Below are positions 19,346-29,665 of a stretch of 64,000 nt of DNA, piece by piece. The notes beneath the pieces were generated by a model. The model saw only the letters and a list, made by a program, of their open reading frames with translations. It did no database searches and was not told the DNA's origin. Source of the DNA: Candidatus Latescibacterota bacterium (GTDB lineage Bacteria; Latescibacterota; UBA2968; GCA-2709665); assembly GCA_965208835.1 (NCBI GenBank), contig OZ242358.1:1952001-2016000 (forward strand). Direction: 5' to 3'. The stretch's first letter is position 1. Every line of letters begins with the position of its first letter. A program made the translations under genes and the position numbers.

Positions 19346-20203
19346 TCAGTCCGTTATCTTTGCAATGGCGATTCCGGATTCACCCGCCACGGAGTAGAGG
19401 AGATGGGTGTCGGCGCCCTCCCGGTAAATTCCAGGATCGCGAAGCTGCCGCACCCGCTCGGGTGACCATCCGCGGCGGGAGGGCTGCAGGGGAAGGTCCG
19501 CGCCTTCGTAATCGGTTTCCGGCTCGAGTACGACCTCGGCTTCCGACGCACGCCAGTTCATCCATTCCGGCGTCAACTCGACTCGGGACAGCAGAATGCG
19601 TTCGGGGCAGTCGTGGGCGTTGGAATAGAAGACCGAGAGCGTGTTGCCGTCCAGCTTCAGCGCGGTGTGGCGCTGGTCTTCGGAGAACAGCACGGGACCC
19701 TGCCCGAAATCCGTCAGGCCATCCTGCGATCGATAGAAGATCCCGGGCATCCCCAGTGCGTACGTCGTGCTTTTCCATTTGAAGACCCTGAAATAGGAAT
19801 TGCCCAGATCTTCCGGTCGTGCGGTAAAGTGTATACCGTCGGATGACAGCGCGACTTTGGACTGTTGGCCCCGGCCGGGCGCGGGGCCGTGATAGTACAT
19901 TCTGAATTCACGGTTCCTGTCGTCCACGTGGACGTCCGGCGAGGCAAGATGGCCGGTCGTGTACGCGTCGTTCAGGTGCAGCACCCCCGGTTCGTAGGTC
20001 GTCCAGGGACCGGTGAGACGGTCCGAATAGGCAAGGCGGATGTACTCGCCCCGATGGTGGCCGAAATAGAGGTAGTACTTTCCGAGGGCGTTGGGCAGCC
20101 AGTCGGGCGTCCGGACGAGCGAGGGTCCGTTGATGTTGGCGCCCATCCGGGAGTCCATGTGCGGGCGGATAATGGGGTTGTTCGGAAGGCGTTCAACGCG
20201 CAT
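19346..20203 (-). CDS. Putative five-bladed beta-propeller glycoside hydrolase-like protein
   Basis: NPII, INGPS, YYLYF.HH, ASPDV, MYYHG, LRDPGIY, LLYSVAGESGIAIA pattern. ATG at 20203. Confidence 0.65.
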   Translation of the reverse strand: MRVERLPNNPIIRPHMDSRMGANINGPSLVRTPDWLPNALGKYYLYFGHHRGEYIRLAYSDRLTGPWTTYEPGVLHLNDAYTTGHLASPDVHVDDRNREFRMYYHGPAPGRGQQSKVALSSDGIHFTARPEDLGNSYFRVFKWKSTTYALGMPGIFYRSQDGLTDFGQGPVLFSEDQRHTALKLDGNTLSVFYSNAHDCPERILLSRVELTPEWMNWRASEAEVVLEPETDYEGADLPLQPSRRGWSPERVRQLRDPGIYREGADTHLLYSVAGESGIAIAKITD

Positions 20204-20221
20204 AGTCGGTTTCTCCCCTAG

Positions 20222-20381
20222 CAGTCCGTTGAGAAAGTCGCTCTGCAGGCGAGGCCGAGCCATTGTGGCCGAAGACAAGGCGCGCGACCGAGTCCCATCC
20301 AGCGATTCGGCGAGGGAGCGCAACGCAGTATTTCGACCGCAAGGGCCGGCCGTAGCCCGGATGGGCTTTTTCAACGGGCTG
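20222..20381. mobile_element. MITE-like repeat family A, copy 2 (inverted)
   Basis: CAGTCCGTTGAGAAAG ... CTTTTTCAACGGGCTG flanked by CTAG/CTAA, between divergent genes. Confidence 0.75.
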
Positions 20382-20441
20382 CTAACCTGGTGGTGGATCG
20401 ACGTTGGCTGCGGCGCTTGGTCCGCGCGGTCTTCATGGAGT

Positions 20442-21431
20442 ATGTTGCCGGTGGAAGAGACGCTCGACAGACGTCTGTCGGTTGCGCCGATGATGGACTG
20501 GACTGACAGGCACGAAAGGTATTTCCTGAGGCTGTTTTCCCGGCACATCCTGCTATATACCGAGATGATTGCCGTGGACGCCGTCCTCCGCGGTCCGCGA
20601 GAGCAACTTCTGACATACCATCGCCGTGAGCATCCGGTAGCGCTTCAGCTGGGCGGCAGCGATCCGGAGGCGTTGGCGGGTTGCGCGCGGATCGGCGCGG
20701 AATTTGGATACGACGAAATCAATCTGAACGTGGGCTGCCCCAGCGACCGCGTGCAGGCCGGTCGATTCGGCGCGTGCCTCATGGCGGAGCCGGAACGGGT
20801 TGCCCGCTGCGTGGAGGCGATGCGCAAGGCCGTTGAAATTCCGGTCACCGTAAAGACAAGGATCGGAATCGATGACCGGGATTCCTACGAGGACCTGGTC
20901 TGTTTCGTACGGACCGTTTCCGACGGCGGATGCCGGGTCTTCGTCATTCACGCCAGAAAGGCCTGGCTTCGGGGGTTGAGTCCGAAACAGAACCGGGAGA
21001 TACCGCCCCTGCGATACGACGTGGTGTATCGGTTGAAACAGGACTTCCCGGATCTGACGGTAATCCTCAATGGAGGAATCACAACCCGAAATCAGGTGCG
21101 TCGGCACCTGGAAGACGTGGATGGGGTCATGATCGGGCGCGAGGCCTATCAGAATCCCTATTTCCTGGCGTCGATGGACCAGATGTTCTACGGTGATACG
21201 CGCGCCGTGGCCGGCAGGGGGGAGATTCTGGACCGTTTCTGCGATTATGTCGAGGACCAGCTGCGGCAGGGAATGCCGCTTGTCGGCATGACGCGGCACA
21301 TCCAGGGGCTCTTTCACGGAATGCCGGGAGCCCGCGCCTGGCGCCGTCATCTGAGCGAGAACGCCCACAGGCCCGGATCCGGGGTGGAAGTGATTCGACG
21401 GGCCGCGAACTTTGTTCTCGGACCGTCGTGA
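20442..21431 (+). CDS. dusA: tRNA dihydrouridine(20/20a) synthase
   Basis: SVAPMMDWTDRH.R, LLYTEM, ALQLGGSDP, NLNVGCPSDRVQ.G.FGACLM, HARKAWL.GLSPKQNREIPPL. Confidence 0.95.
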   Translation: MLPVEETLDRRLSVAPMMDWTDRHERYFLRLFSRHILLYTEMIAVDAVLRGPREQLLTYHRREHPVALQLGGSDPEALAGCARIGAEFGYDEINLNVGCPSDRVQAGRFGACLMAEPERVARCVEAMRKAVEIPVTVKTRIGIDDRDSYEDLVCFVRTVSDGGCRVFVIHARKAWLRGLSPKQNREIPPLRYDVVYRLKQDFPDLTVILNGGITTRNQVRRHLEDVDGVMIGREAYQNPYFLASMDQMFYGDTRAVAGRGEILDRFCDYVEDQLRQGMPLVGMTRHIQGLFHGMPGARAWRRHLSENAHRPGSGVEVIRRAANFVLGPS

Positions 21432-21476
21432 TTCACCCGAGAACCGTGCTGGTGAGATCCCACGCCTTCCGGTTGT

Positions 21477-22262
21477 TTACGTCTTCAATGCCCGTCGGCA
21501 GGCGGCAACCAGCTCGCTGTGGGACGCGGTGTATCCGACATTGACTTCCGTGTCGATGACTGCCGCACGGGACAGGTCCAGGTTTTCGGACGTATCCGCG
21601 ACTTCAATGGCCGTGGTGCAGTCCCGGACGAGGATGATGTCGTAGCCGCGGTCCTTCATCGCCCTCATCCCGTAGTCCCTGAAGGGTACGCACATGTTGG
21701 CGGCGAAGCCTGCGTAGAACAGGTGCAGGACGCCCCGGTGTTTCAGGAGGCGGTGCAGCTGGGCGCCGGTTACGATAACGTCGTCGCCGTCGCGGGGTTC
21801 GGCCTCGGGAATGATGCGGCGGTTCCTGATGGTGTCTTCGAAGACCTGATCGTGAGGGTCCTTCGGTTGCGCCCACGCTTCGTATTCCCCCGTTCTTGAC
21901 CGGAATTCCGCGGGCGGCCAGTCGTCGGGTGCAGGAGACGAACGTCCGAAGACTTCCTCGTCGCCCGCGAAACGGGTCCACGCCTCGTAGCGTTTGGCGC
22001 AGTCGGGGCTGGGCGCGTGGATCACGGCGGCGCCCACCGACCGGAAGGCTTCGGCAACGGGAATGATGCGTTCGAGGGTGATCTCTCTCCCGCGCTGCAG
22101 GTGCGTGCTTACATAGTGTTCGCTCCACACGTCTACGAGTACCAGCGCGATCCTGTCCGCCGGATAGGCGCGCCGCAGGGTCCGGAGGTGGAATTCACCT
22201 TCGGTTACGCTCGCTCTCCGTGTGAGGTGATAGTAACGGACGTCCAGTCGGATGGTCTTCAT
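21477..22262 (-). CDS. Isochorismatase/cysteine hydrolase family protein
   Basis: ALVLVDVW, YAGFAANMCV, ILVRDCTTA. The upstream part of the listed 791-aa ORF is an antisense shadow. Confidence 0.75.
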   Translation of the reverse strand: MKTIRLDVRYYHLTRRASVTEGEFHLRTLRRAYPADRIALVLVDVWSEHYVSTHLQRGREITLERIIPVAEAFRSVGAAVIHAPSPDCAKRYEAWTRFAGDEEVFGRSSPAPDDWPPAEFRSRTGEYEAWAQPKDPHDQVFEDTIRNRRIIPEAEPRDGDDVIVTGAQLHRLLKHRGVLHLFYAGFAANMCVPFRDYGMRAMKDRGYDIILVRDCTTAIEVADTSENLDLSRAAVIDTEVNVGYTASHSELVAACRRALKT

Positions 22263-22343
22263 ACGGGACCTTTCAGCTTGTCTGTTTCCGAGCCATTTTC
22301 CAAATGCAATATGGCCAGGAATGAACGCCGGTGTCAAGGACAA

Positions 22344-22377
22344 CAGTCCGCTGATAGAGTCGCTCTGCAGGCGAGGC
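22344..22377. repeat. Remnant end of a family A element
   Basis: CAGTCCGCTGATAGAGTCGCTCTGCAGGCGAGGC closely matches 20222-20255. Confidence 0.6.
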
Positions 22378-22421
22378 GGGTTTCCGGTACACAAACCACA
22401 TATGGAAAGGCGGCCTGAAAG

Positions 22422-23792
22422 ATGAAAAGAGAACACATCTGGGCCCATCATGAGTGGGACGCGACGATCAACTGGAAGTTGATGGAGGGCGGCTATGCCA
22501 ATCTCCAGAGCGTGAAGCCGGGCGAGGAGATCACGTTTCACATTTCGAACTCCCGGTCCTATTATGAAATCTTCATCTTCCGGGAAGGCGCAAGACGGGA
22601 ACTCGTCAAGACAATCGAGGGGCTGCGGGGTACGCTTCAGGAGGTCCCGGAACTGGGTTATCAGGATGGATACGGGTGGGCGCCGGCGGTGTCCTTCGTC
22701 GTTCCGGATGCGTGGAAGAGCGGGATCTATATTGCAACCTTCCCCACCGGACAGGGGTTGCGGGAGATTTTTTTCGTAGTAAGACCCAGGACGCCGCAAT
22801 CGCCGATGTTGCTGACGGTTGCCACGAACACCTACCAGGCATACAACAACGTGGGCGGCAAGTGCTTCTACGACTACATTTCCACCGATCGGCAGCACGC
22901 CAAGCTGCTGAGTTTCGAACGCCCGCTGCAGATGGAATGCCTGGGCAACTTCTACATCTGGGACCAGTTTTTCACGTCCTGGCTGGATGCCGAGAGGTAT
23001 GGCGCCGACTATTGTGTAAACGGCGACCACGACGCGGAACCCGATATACTGAACGGCTACCGGGCGAACGTGCGCTTCTGTCACGATGAATACAACAGCC
23101 GGAACGAGTGCGAACAACTGCACAGATTCGTTCAGAACGGCGGCAATCTCGTTCTGTTCGGGGGGAACTGCTTCTGCCAGGAGATCGAGTTGAGAAACCG
23201 GGGCAGGCAGATCTATTGCGCCAAGCCCTACTATCACGATCATCCGACGCCCGAGCGTCCGGATACGTCGTTTCTCAGTCATATCGATGATTTGCGCCAG
23301 CGGACAATAGGCGTCTTCTACACCTCGTTCGTTCATACGAAGACGCCCGATCCGAATGTATTTCTGGCGCCAACGACCGGAGATTGGGGCTATTATCGCG
23401 TGTGCGATCCGGACCACTGGGTGTTCGAGGGTACGGGACTCGCCGAGGGGGACGAATTCGGACGGGAGGACTCGATCGTTGGCGTGGAGGCGGACGCGGC
23501 GGACCTGGAATTCGAGAACGGCCGGCCGCGTTACACGGGCGCCGACGGCGTGTCGTCTGAGTATCGGATCGTGGCCATTGCCGATTGTATGACTCCCGAC
23601 GGCCACCGGCTGGTCAAGGAGGGGGGAAAGGAGGGCGTTGCGCCCTGCTACGGAACGGTGGCCGTTAACGAAACGGAATTCGAGGGTACGGTCTTCAACG
23701 CCGCCACGATCGAATGGGCTCATGGGTTGTACCGGGACGGGAGCGCGGTGGCTACGATCACGCGCAATGTATTGAACAGGCTGGCGACATAA
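22422..23792 (+). CDS. N,N-dimethylformamidase beta-subunit family domain protein
   Basis: WKSGIY, TNTYQAYN..GG, SFERP, HDEY, GGN...F.GN, GVEAD, VFNAATIEW, ITRNVL. Confidence 0.75.
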   Translation: MKREHIWAHHEWDATINWKLMEGGYANLQSVKPGEEITFHISNSRSYYEIFIFREGARRELVKTIEGLRGTLQEVPELGYQDGYGWAPAVSFVVPDAWKSGIYIATFPTGQGLREIFFVVRPRTPQSPMLLTVATNTYQAYNNVGGKCFYDYISTDRQHAKLLSFERPLQMECLGNFYIWDQFFTSWLDAERYGADYCVNGDHDAEPDILNGYRANVRFCHDEYNSRNECEQLHRFVQNGGNLVLFGGNCFCQEIELRNRGRQIYCAKPYYHDHPTPERPDTSFLSHIDDLRQRTIGVFYTSFVHTKTPDPNVFLAPTTGDWGYYRVCDPDHWVFEGTGLAEGDEFGREDSIVGVEADAADLEFENGRPRYTGADGVSSEYRIVAIADCMTPDGHRLVKEGGKEGVAPCYGTVAVNETEFEGTVFNAATIEWAHGLYRDGSAVATITRNVLNRLAT

Positions 23793-23851
23793 CGCGCGTG
23801 TGTCAGGATTCGGCGGCATTGATTTCGCCAACTTCAATCCGGGTACCAGCA

Positions 23852-25519
23852 ATGTCTGATACGACTGTTCGAATTCGACTCGACCTCAGAATCCCGGTGA
23901 GAGACGGGGTGAACCTCTACGGCGCGGCATACCTCCCGCCGCGCGGAGAGCGGTTTCCCGTACTGCTGATCCGGTCGCCATACAGCACACAGCACCCCAG
24001 GTACGTGGAGTGGGCCGTGCGTTTTGCCGCGTCGGGATACGCGGCTGTGATGGTGGACAGCCGCGGGCGCTACGAGTCCGAGGGCGAGTGGCGGGCGTAC
24101 GTGGACGAGGCGCAGGATGGATACGACACGCAGCAATGGATCGGGGCGCAGGCGTGGTGCGACGGCAACATCGGGATGTTCGGGATTTCATATCCGGGTT
24201 TCACACAGATTCTTCCGGCCCCGTTCCGGTGTCCCTTCGTGAAGGGGTTGATGCCCATTGCGAACCAGGAGGACAACTACGGGCACCTGCGCTATAACGG
24301 CGTGCTCCAGCTGCAGAATGCGATGAACTGGATCTGGCTGGGCGGGCGGACCAGACAGCACGCGCCGCGGGACCTGCTGGACTGGGACCGGATCTACCGC
24401 CGGCTGCCGCTGGTCTCGGCGATGGACGGCATCGCGGACCGGCCGTTCTTCAGGGAGATGGTCCGGCACAACGAATTCGACGCATTCTGGTCCTCGTACA
24501 GCATGAAAGGCCGGTACGGGGAAGTGAATACGCCGGCCTATTTCGTGTCGGGATGGTACGATAATCTGGTCCACGAGGGTTTCAAGTGTTTTCGCGGCTG
24601 GCGCACGGAAGCCGGAGACACCCGTACCCGGCAACTGACCCGTCTGATGGTCGGGCCCTGGACGCACTCGCAGATCGGGAGCGCCGAGCCATTCGGAGAC
24701 ATCGACTTCGGATCGAACGCGGCGGTGGATATTCCTGGTGAACATCTGCGCTGGTACGACAAGCGGCTGCGCGGGATCGATACGGGAATCGACGAGGAAC
24801 CAGCCATCCGGATTTTCGTGATGGGCAGGAACGCGTGGCGATGGGAAAACGAGTGGCCGCTGGCGCGAACGAATTACACGGCGTACTATCTCCACAGCGG
24901 TGGCCGTGCCAATTCGCTTCGGGGCGACGGTGAACTCAGCCTCGAGGCACCGGGAGACGAGCCCGCGGACCGCTTCGACTACGATCCCGGGGATCCGGTG
25001 CCCACGGTGGGCGGGCAGAGTCTGTCACCCGCCAACACGGGTCCCCGCGACCGGCGGGGTGTGGAATGCCGTGAAGACGTGCTGGTATACACGACGGAAA
25101 CACTGGTGTCGGACGTGGAGGTAACAGGCCCGGTGGCGCTCACGCTGTTTGCCGCATCGGATGCGAGGGATACGGACTTTACGGCGACTCTGGTCGACGT
25201 GCATCCCGATGGCAGGGCGATCCATATAACGGAGGGCATCGTGCGGGCGCGATTCCGCGAGTCCTTTCGCAGGCCGGATCTCGTCCTTCCGGGGGAGGTG
25301 GTGGAATACAGGATCGTCCTCTGGGAGACCAGCAATGTGTTCAAAACAAGCCATCGAATCAGACTGGAGGTCTCCAGCAGCAACTTCCCCCGTTTCGACC
25401 GGAATCTGAATACGGGCAATACCCCCGGTCTGGACGATGAAATGAAGGTCGCCCGCCAGACGGTTTATCACAGTGGAAAATATGCTTCATATCTGCGTTT
25501 GCCGGTGATTCCCGAATGA
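23852..25519 (+). CDS. CocE/NonD family serine hydrolase
   Basis: RDGV.L, RSPY, DSRGRYESEG, GISYPG, SGWYD, GPWTH, SSSNFPRFDRN.NTG. Confidence 0.92.
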   Translation: MSDTTVRIRLDLRIPVRDGVNLYGAAYLPPRGERFPVLLIRSPYSTQHPRYVEWAVRFAASGYAAVMVDSRGRYESEGEWRAYVDEAQDGYDTQQWIGAQAWCDGNIGMFGISYPGFTQILPAPFRCPFVKGLMPIANQEDNYGHLRYNGVLQLQNAMNWIWLGGRTRQHAPRDLLDWDRIYRRLPLVSAMDGIADRPFFREMVRHNEFDAFWSSYSMKGRYGEVNTPAYFVSGWYDNLVHEGFKCFRGWRTEAGDTRTRQLTRLMVGPWTHSQIGSAEPFGDIDFGSNAAVDIPGEHLRWYDKRLRGIDTGIDEEPAIRIFVMGRNAWRWENEWPLARTNYTAYYLHSGGRANSLRGDGELSLEAPGDEPADRFDYDPGDPVPTVGGQSLSPANTGPRDRRGVECREDVLVYTTETLVSDVEVTGPVALTLFAASDARDTDFTATLVDVHPDGRAIHITEGIVRARFRESFRRPDLVLPGEVVEYRIVLWETSNVFKTSHRIRLEVSSSNFPRFDRNLNTGNTPGLDDEMKVARQTVYHSGKYASYLRLPVIPE

Positions 25520-27609
25520 ATGAACCATCGTTTCGAATCGGTGCAGACGTCGGTGGTACGTTCACGGACGTCATCCTCATGGACGTATCCGGGAAAATAT
25601 GGACGCATAAGATCCCCTCTACCCCGCCCGATTTCGAACGTGCTGTACTGGACGCGATCGGCCGCCTGCTGCGGGAGTCAGGCGTAACCGGCGAATCGAT
25701 CGGAGACGTCTCGCATGGGACCACCGTGGCGACCAACGCCGTCCTCGAACGCCGGGGCGCCAGGACCGCGCTAATCACCACGCGCGGATTTCGAGACGTA
25801 CTGGAATTGCGGCGCGTCAGGGCGCCGCAGATGTACGATCTGTTCTTCGACAAGCCCGAACCGATCGTGGAGCGGCATCTGAGGCTGGAAGTGAAGGAGC
25901 GCATCGCCGCCGACGGTGACGTGCTGGCGCCGCTGGACTTTGCGGACCTCGAGGCGGTCAGGGACGTATTGGTACAGGAGCAGGTCGAGTCGATCGCGGT
26001 CTGCACGCTTCACTCCTACGCATACCCACGCCACGAACACGCGATCGGCGAGTTCCTCCAGGACGCGTTTCCGGACTTGCCTGTATCTCTTTCGATCGAG
26101 ATTCTGCCTGAACGCCGGGAGTACGAGCGCACGGCCACGACCGTGCTGAATGCGTACGTGCGTCCTGTTATGCAGCGTTATCTCAGGGCGATGCGGGATG
26201 GTCTGACCGAACAGGGCATTCTGGCGCCCGTGCTGATCATGCAGTCCGCGGGGGGTCTGACCCCCGAGGCCGACGCGGCGCGGCGACCCGTGTACGTTCT
26301 CGAGTCCGGACCCGCGGCCGGGGTATTTGCGTCCCGTTCCGCGGGAGAACAGCTGGGTATAGACGATCTCATCACGTTCGATATGGGAGGCACCACGGCC
26401 AAGGCGTCCATTGTCGAAGACGGCGAGATTTCCTACAGCCCGGAATACGAGGTCGGCGCATCCGTGTCGGCCGGAAACAGGCTGGTGGGCGGGGGCGGTG
26501 AGTTGATTCGCGCGCCCAGTATCGACATCGCGGAGGTGGGATCCGGGGGCGGCAGCATCGCCTGGCTGGACGGGGCGGGCGGATTGCGGGTCGGACCCCG
26601 AAGCGCGGGAGCCGTACCCGGTCCCGCCTGTTACGGCCGGGGAGGAAACGAGCCCACCGTTACGGACGCCAATGTCGTGCTGGGGTATATCCGGCCGGGG
26701 GAACTGGCGGACGGAGAGGTCTCCGTCGACCCGGAGGCCGCGAGAAGGATCGTCCACGACCGGATCGCAACGCCTCTGGGTCTGGATCTGCTCGAAGCGG
26801 CCGAGGGCATACACCGGATTGCAAATGCCCGGTGCATGCGGGCACTCCGGTCCGTGTCCACGGAGCGGGGCCGTGATCCCAGGTCGTTCTCCCTGATCGC
26901 ATTCGGAGGTTCCGGTCCGATTCACGCCGCGGGGCTGGCCGGCGAACTTCTGAGCCCCAGAGTCATCGTCCCTCCGTTGCCCGGATTGTTCAGCGCGCTT
27001 GGGCTTTTGTTCTCTGGCGTGGAACATCACGAAGTCTACAGTTGTCTGCTTTCCGGCGACGGACTGAGCGCGGAAACGCTGGGCGGCATCCAGTCGGACC
27101 TGAAACGAAAGATGCTCTCCCGGTTCCGGGCGGAGGGTTATTCGGCTGAAAGGGTAGCGTTTGCCCAAAGTGTCGACGTGCGCTTCCGAGGCCAGGCATC
27201 GGAAATCCGGATCCCCTTGCCCGAGTCGCCGGCTTCGGAGGCCACGATAGAGAGCTTGCGTCGAGCGTTTGAACGCGAGCACCGGCAGCTTTACGGGCAT
27301 ACGTCGGACCCCGATAATCCGGTTGAGGTGGTTGCCGTCCGCCTGATCGGCAGCACCGGTCACCGCAAAACGGGGGGGCGAATGCGCGCTGACCGGCGGC
27401 ACGTGCGAAAGTTTCCTTCGCGTCCGGCGTACTTTGGAAAGAAGCGGGGAACGCTGGAGACACCCGTTATCGACCGCACGGAGCTGACCGGGCCCCAGGT
27501 TGGTCCCCTGTTGATCGACGAATACGATTCCACGACCGTGGTGCCGCCGGGGGTCCGCGTAAATCGGGACCGGCAGGACTTCGTGGTTCTGGACAGGACA
27601 GGGTCGTAG
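25516..27609 (+). CDS. Hydantoinase/oxoprolinase subunit A (N-methylhydantoinase A-like)
   Basis: DVGGTFTD, HGTTVATNA, ESGPAAG, DMGGTT, GP.SAGA.PGPACY, AFGGSGP.H. Confidence 0.92.
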   Translation: MNEPSFRIGADVGGTFTDVILMDVSGKIWTHKIPSTPPDFERAVLDAIGRLLRESGVTGESIGDVSHGTTVATNAVLERRGARTALITTRGFRDVLELRRVRAPQMYDLFFDKPEPIVERHLRLEVKERIAADGDVLAPLDFADLEAVRDVLVQEQVESIAVCTLHSYAYPRHEHAIGEFLQDAFPDLPVSLSIEILPERREYERTATTVLNAYVRPVMQRYLRAMRDGLTEQGILAPVLIMQSAGGLTPEADAARRPVYVLESGPAAGVFASRSAGEQLGIDDLITFDMGGTTAKASIVEDGEISYSPEYEVGASVSAGNRLVGGGGELIRAPSIDIAEVGSGGGSIAWLDGAGGLRVGPRSAGAVPGPACYGRGGNEPTVTDANVVLGYIRPGELADGEVSVDPEAARRIVHDRIATPLGLDLLEAAEGIHRIANARCMRALRSVSTERGRDPRSFSLIAFGGSGPIHAAGLAGELLSPRVIVPPLPGLFSALGLLFSGVEHHEVYSCLLSGDGLSAETLGGIQSDLKRKMLSRFRAEGYSAERVAFAQSVDVRFRGQASEIRIPLPESPASEATIESLRRAFEREHRQLYGHTSDPDNPVEVVAVRLIGSTGHRKTGGRMRADRRHVRKFPSRPAYFGKKRGTLETPVIDRTELTGPQVGPLLIDEYDSTTVVPPGVRVNRDRQDFVVLDRTGS

Positions 27610-27631
27610 AAATGTCCCGCGGCAGGGCAGA

Positions 27632-27817
27632 GAAGCTGTTTTAAAATGACCGGTGAGTTCCCGAGCGCGAGCGAAAAAGTGGCGGTCAAGGCGGGAGAAT
27701 CCGCCTATGAGAGGCGAGCAAGCGCAGCCTCGATCTCGTAAGACGGGCGGGTTTGACCAACGCCGACCGCCGCTTTTGCAGCCGCGCGAAGACCGCTGGG
27801 AATTTTAAGACAGCTTC
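27632..27817. mobile_element. MITE-like repeat family B, inverted copy with a longer core, between hydantoinase A and B
   Basis: GAAGCTGTTTTAAAAT ... AATTTTAAGACAGCTTC; arms match the other copies and the centre differs. Confidence 0.85.
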
Positions 27818-27836
27818 TGAGGAGATACAGAGAACG

Positions 27837-29591
27837 ATGAAGCAGATTGACCCCATAACGCGCGAGATCATGCAAAACGCGCTTGCATCCGCCGCCGATG
27901 AAATGAGCGCAGCACTCTATCGCACGGCCTATTCAACCATCGTGCGCGACTGCCTTGACTATTCCACGTCGCTGTGCAACGCGGAGGGGCAGATGATCGC
28001 ACAGGGCGTGACGATACCGCTGCATCTGGGATCGGTCCCGTATGCGATGGCCGCGCTGTTCGAGCGCTTCGGCGATGATATCGACCCAGGGGACGTGTTT
28101 ATCCTGAACGATCCCTTCGACGGCGGGATGCACATTCCCGATATTTTTATTGTGCAGCCGATCTTCTGGAAGGGACGGCGGGTGGCCTTTGCGGTGAGTA
28201 CGGCGCACCACCTGGACCTGGGCGGACGCCTGCCCGGCAGTTCCGCCTGCGATAACACGGAGATCTTTCAGGAAGGCATCCGGATTCCGTGGCTGAAGCT
28301 GTATTGCCGCGGCGAGCCGGACGAGTCCATCTTCTCGCTGATCCGGTCGAATGTGCGGGTGCCCCAGATGACTATCGGGGACATCAGGGCGCAACTGGCG
28401 GCCTGCCACATCGGCGAGCGGGCGGTGCATTCGCTGATTGAACGGTACGGGCACGAGACGTTCCAGACGGCCTCACAGGACCTGATCGACTACACGGAAC
28501 GGCTCGTACGTTCAGAGATCGCGTCCTGGCCCGACGGATCCCATTCATTCACGGACTTTCTGGACAGCGACGGCGTGGGCGGCCCCCGGGTGCGAATCCG
28601 GGTGACAATGACCGTGCGGGGAGACTCGCTGACGGCCGATTTCACGGGGACGGACCCCCAGGTGCGCGGCGCGGTCAACAGTACGCTCTCGTTTACGGCG
28701 GCGGTGGTCGCCCTGTGCGTGCGTGCCGTGATGCGGGAGGAACTTCCGAATACGGAAGGGATGTTCAGGCCCCTGAAGATTATCGCGCCCGAGGGCACGC
28801 TCGTGAACGTGCGGATGCCGGGCGCGTCGTCGATGCGCGGCGTGACGGGGTTCCGGATGACGGACGTGGTGTTCGGCGCGCTGTCCGGGCTGCTGCCCGA
28901 CCGTGTGCTGGCCGCGGGCGAGGGGGGCAATACGCTCGTCATCATCGGCGGCCAGCGGCAGGACCGTTCCCACTATGTTTACTATGAACTGCTCTCCGGG
29001 ACCTGGGGAGCGAGGCCGGACCGGGACGGCAACGATGGTCTTTGCAATCCGGCGAACGTGGCCAGCAACATTCCCGTTGAGCAGGCGGAGTGTGAATATC
29101 CGGTAAGGATCGACCGCTACGGACTGGTTTGCGACAGCGGGGGCGCCGGACGTTTTCGGGGCGGAATGGCGATCGAGCGGGAGTGGACCCTGCTCTCGGG
29201 CGAGGCGCATCTGGCGATCCGGTCCGATCGAAGAGACCACCTTCCGTACGGCCTGTACGGCGGAAGACCGGCGACGGGATCGACGAATGTACTCTATAGT
29301 GGGGACGGCCGTGAAGAGTTGCCGACCATGATATCGACGTCGATGTCGGCGGGCGACCGGATCTACCACCGGCAGGCCGGCGGCGGCGGATGGGGAAGTC
29401 CGATGGATCGTGATACCGCGGCGGTCGTGCGCGACGTGAAAAACGGAAGAGTTTCGGTGAGCCAGGCGCGGGAGCAGTACGGCGTGGTGATGGATGGGGA
29501 GACCCTGTCGGTCAACGAGGTGGAAACCGGGAATACGCGGCGACGGATGTCGGCCCCCGGAACCGCGCCCGGCAACGGCAACTCCGGTTGA
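27837..29591 (+). CDS. Hydantoinase B/oxoprolinase subunit
   Basis: DPIT.EI, RTAYS, NDPFDGGMH.PD, HH.D.GG..PGS, IFQEG, DSGGAGRFRGG, GGGGWG.P. Confidence 0.92.
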   Translation: MKQIDPITREIMQNALASAADEMSAALYRTAYSTIVRDCLDYSTSLCNAEGQMIAQGVTIPLHLGSVPYAMAALFERFGDDIDPGDVFILNDPFDGGMHIPDIFIVQPIFWKGRRVAFAVSTAHHLDLGGRLPGSSACDNTEIFQEGIRIPWLKLYCRGEPDESIFSLIRSNVRVPQMTIGDIRAQLAACHIGERAVHSLIERYGHETFQTASQDLIDYTERLVRSEIASWPDGSHSFTDFLDSDGVGGPRVRIRVTMTVRGDSLTADFTGTDPQVRGAVNSTLSFTAAVVALCVRAVMREELPNTEGMFRPLKIIAPEGTLVNVRMPGASSMRGVTGFRMTDVVFGALSGLLPDRVLAAGEGGNTLVIIGGQRQDRSHYVYYELLSGTWGARPDRDGNDGLCNPANVASNIPVEQAECEYPVRIDRYGLVCDSGGAGRFRGGMAIEREWTLLSGEAHLAIRSDRRDHLPYGLYGGRPATGSTNVLYSGDGREELPTMISTSMSAGDRIYHRQAGGGGWGSPMDRDTAAVVRDVKNGRVSVSQAREQYGVVMDGETLSVNEVETGNTRRRMSAPGTAPGNGNSG

Positions 29592-29616
29592 CTCGAACGT
29601 CGAATGGCGGTATATT
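29588..29616 (+). promoter_or_regulatory. Putative sigma70 promoter for the ankyrin genes
   Basis: TTGACT-N17-TATATT; the -35 box overlaps the upstream TGA stop. Confidence 0.5.
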
Positions 29617-29665
29617 TGTACCGGGACTTAATGTCATTCAACCGGACTCATTTCGGAGGCAGCCT

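Noticed and set aside
22263-23852. Apparent 791-aa fusion on the N-terminus of the cysteine hydrolase
   Set aside because: The extension is antisense to the DMFase-like gene; family similarity starts at ATG 22262.
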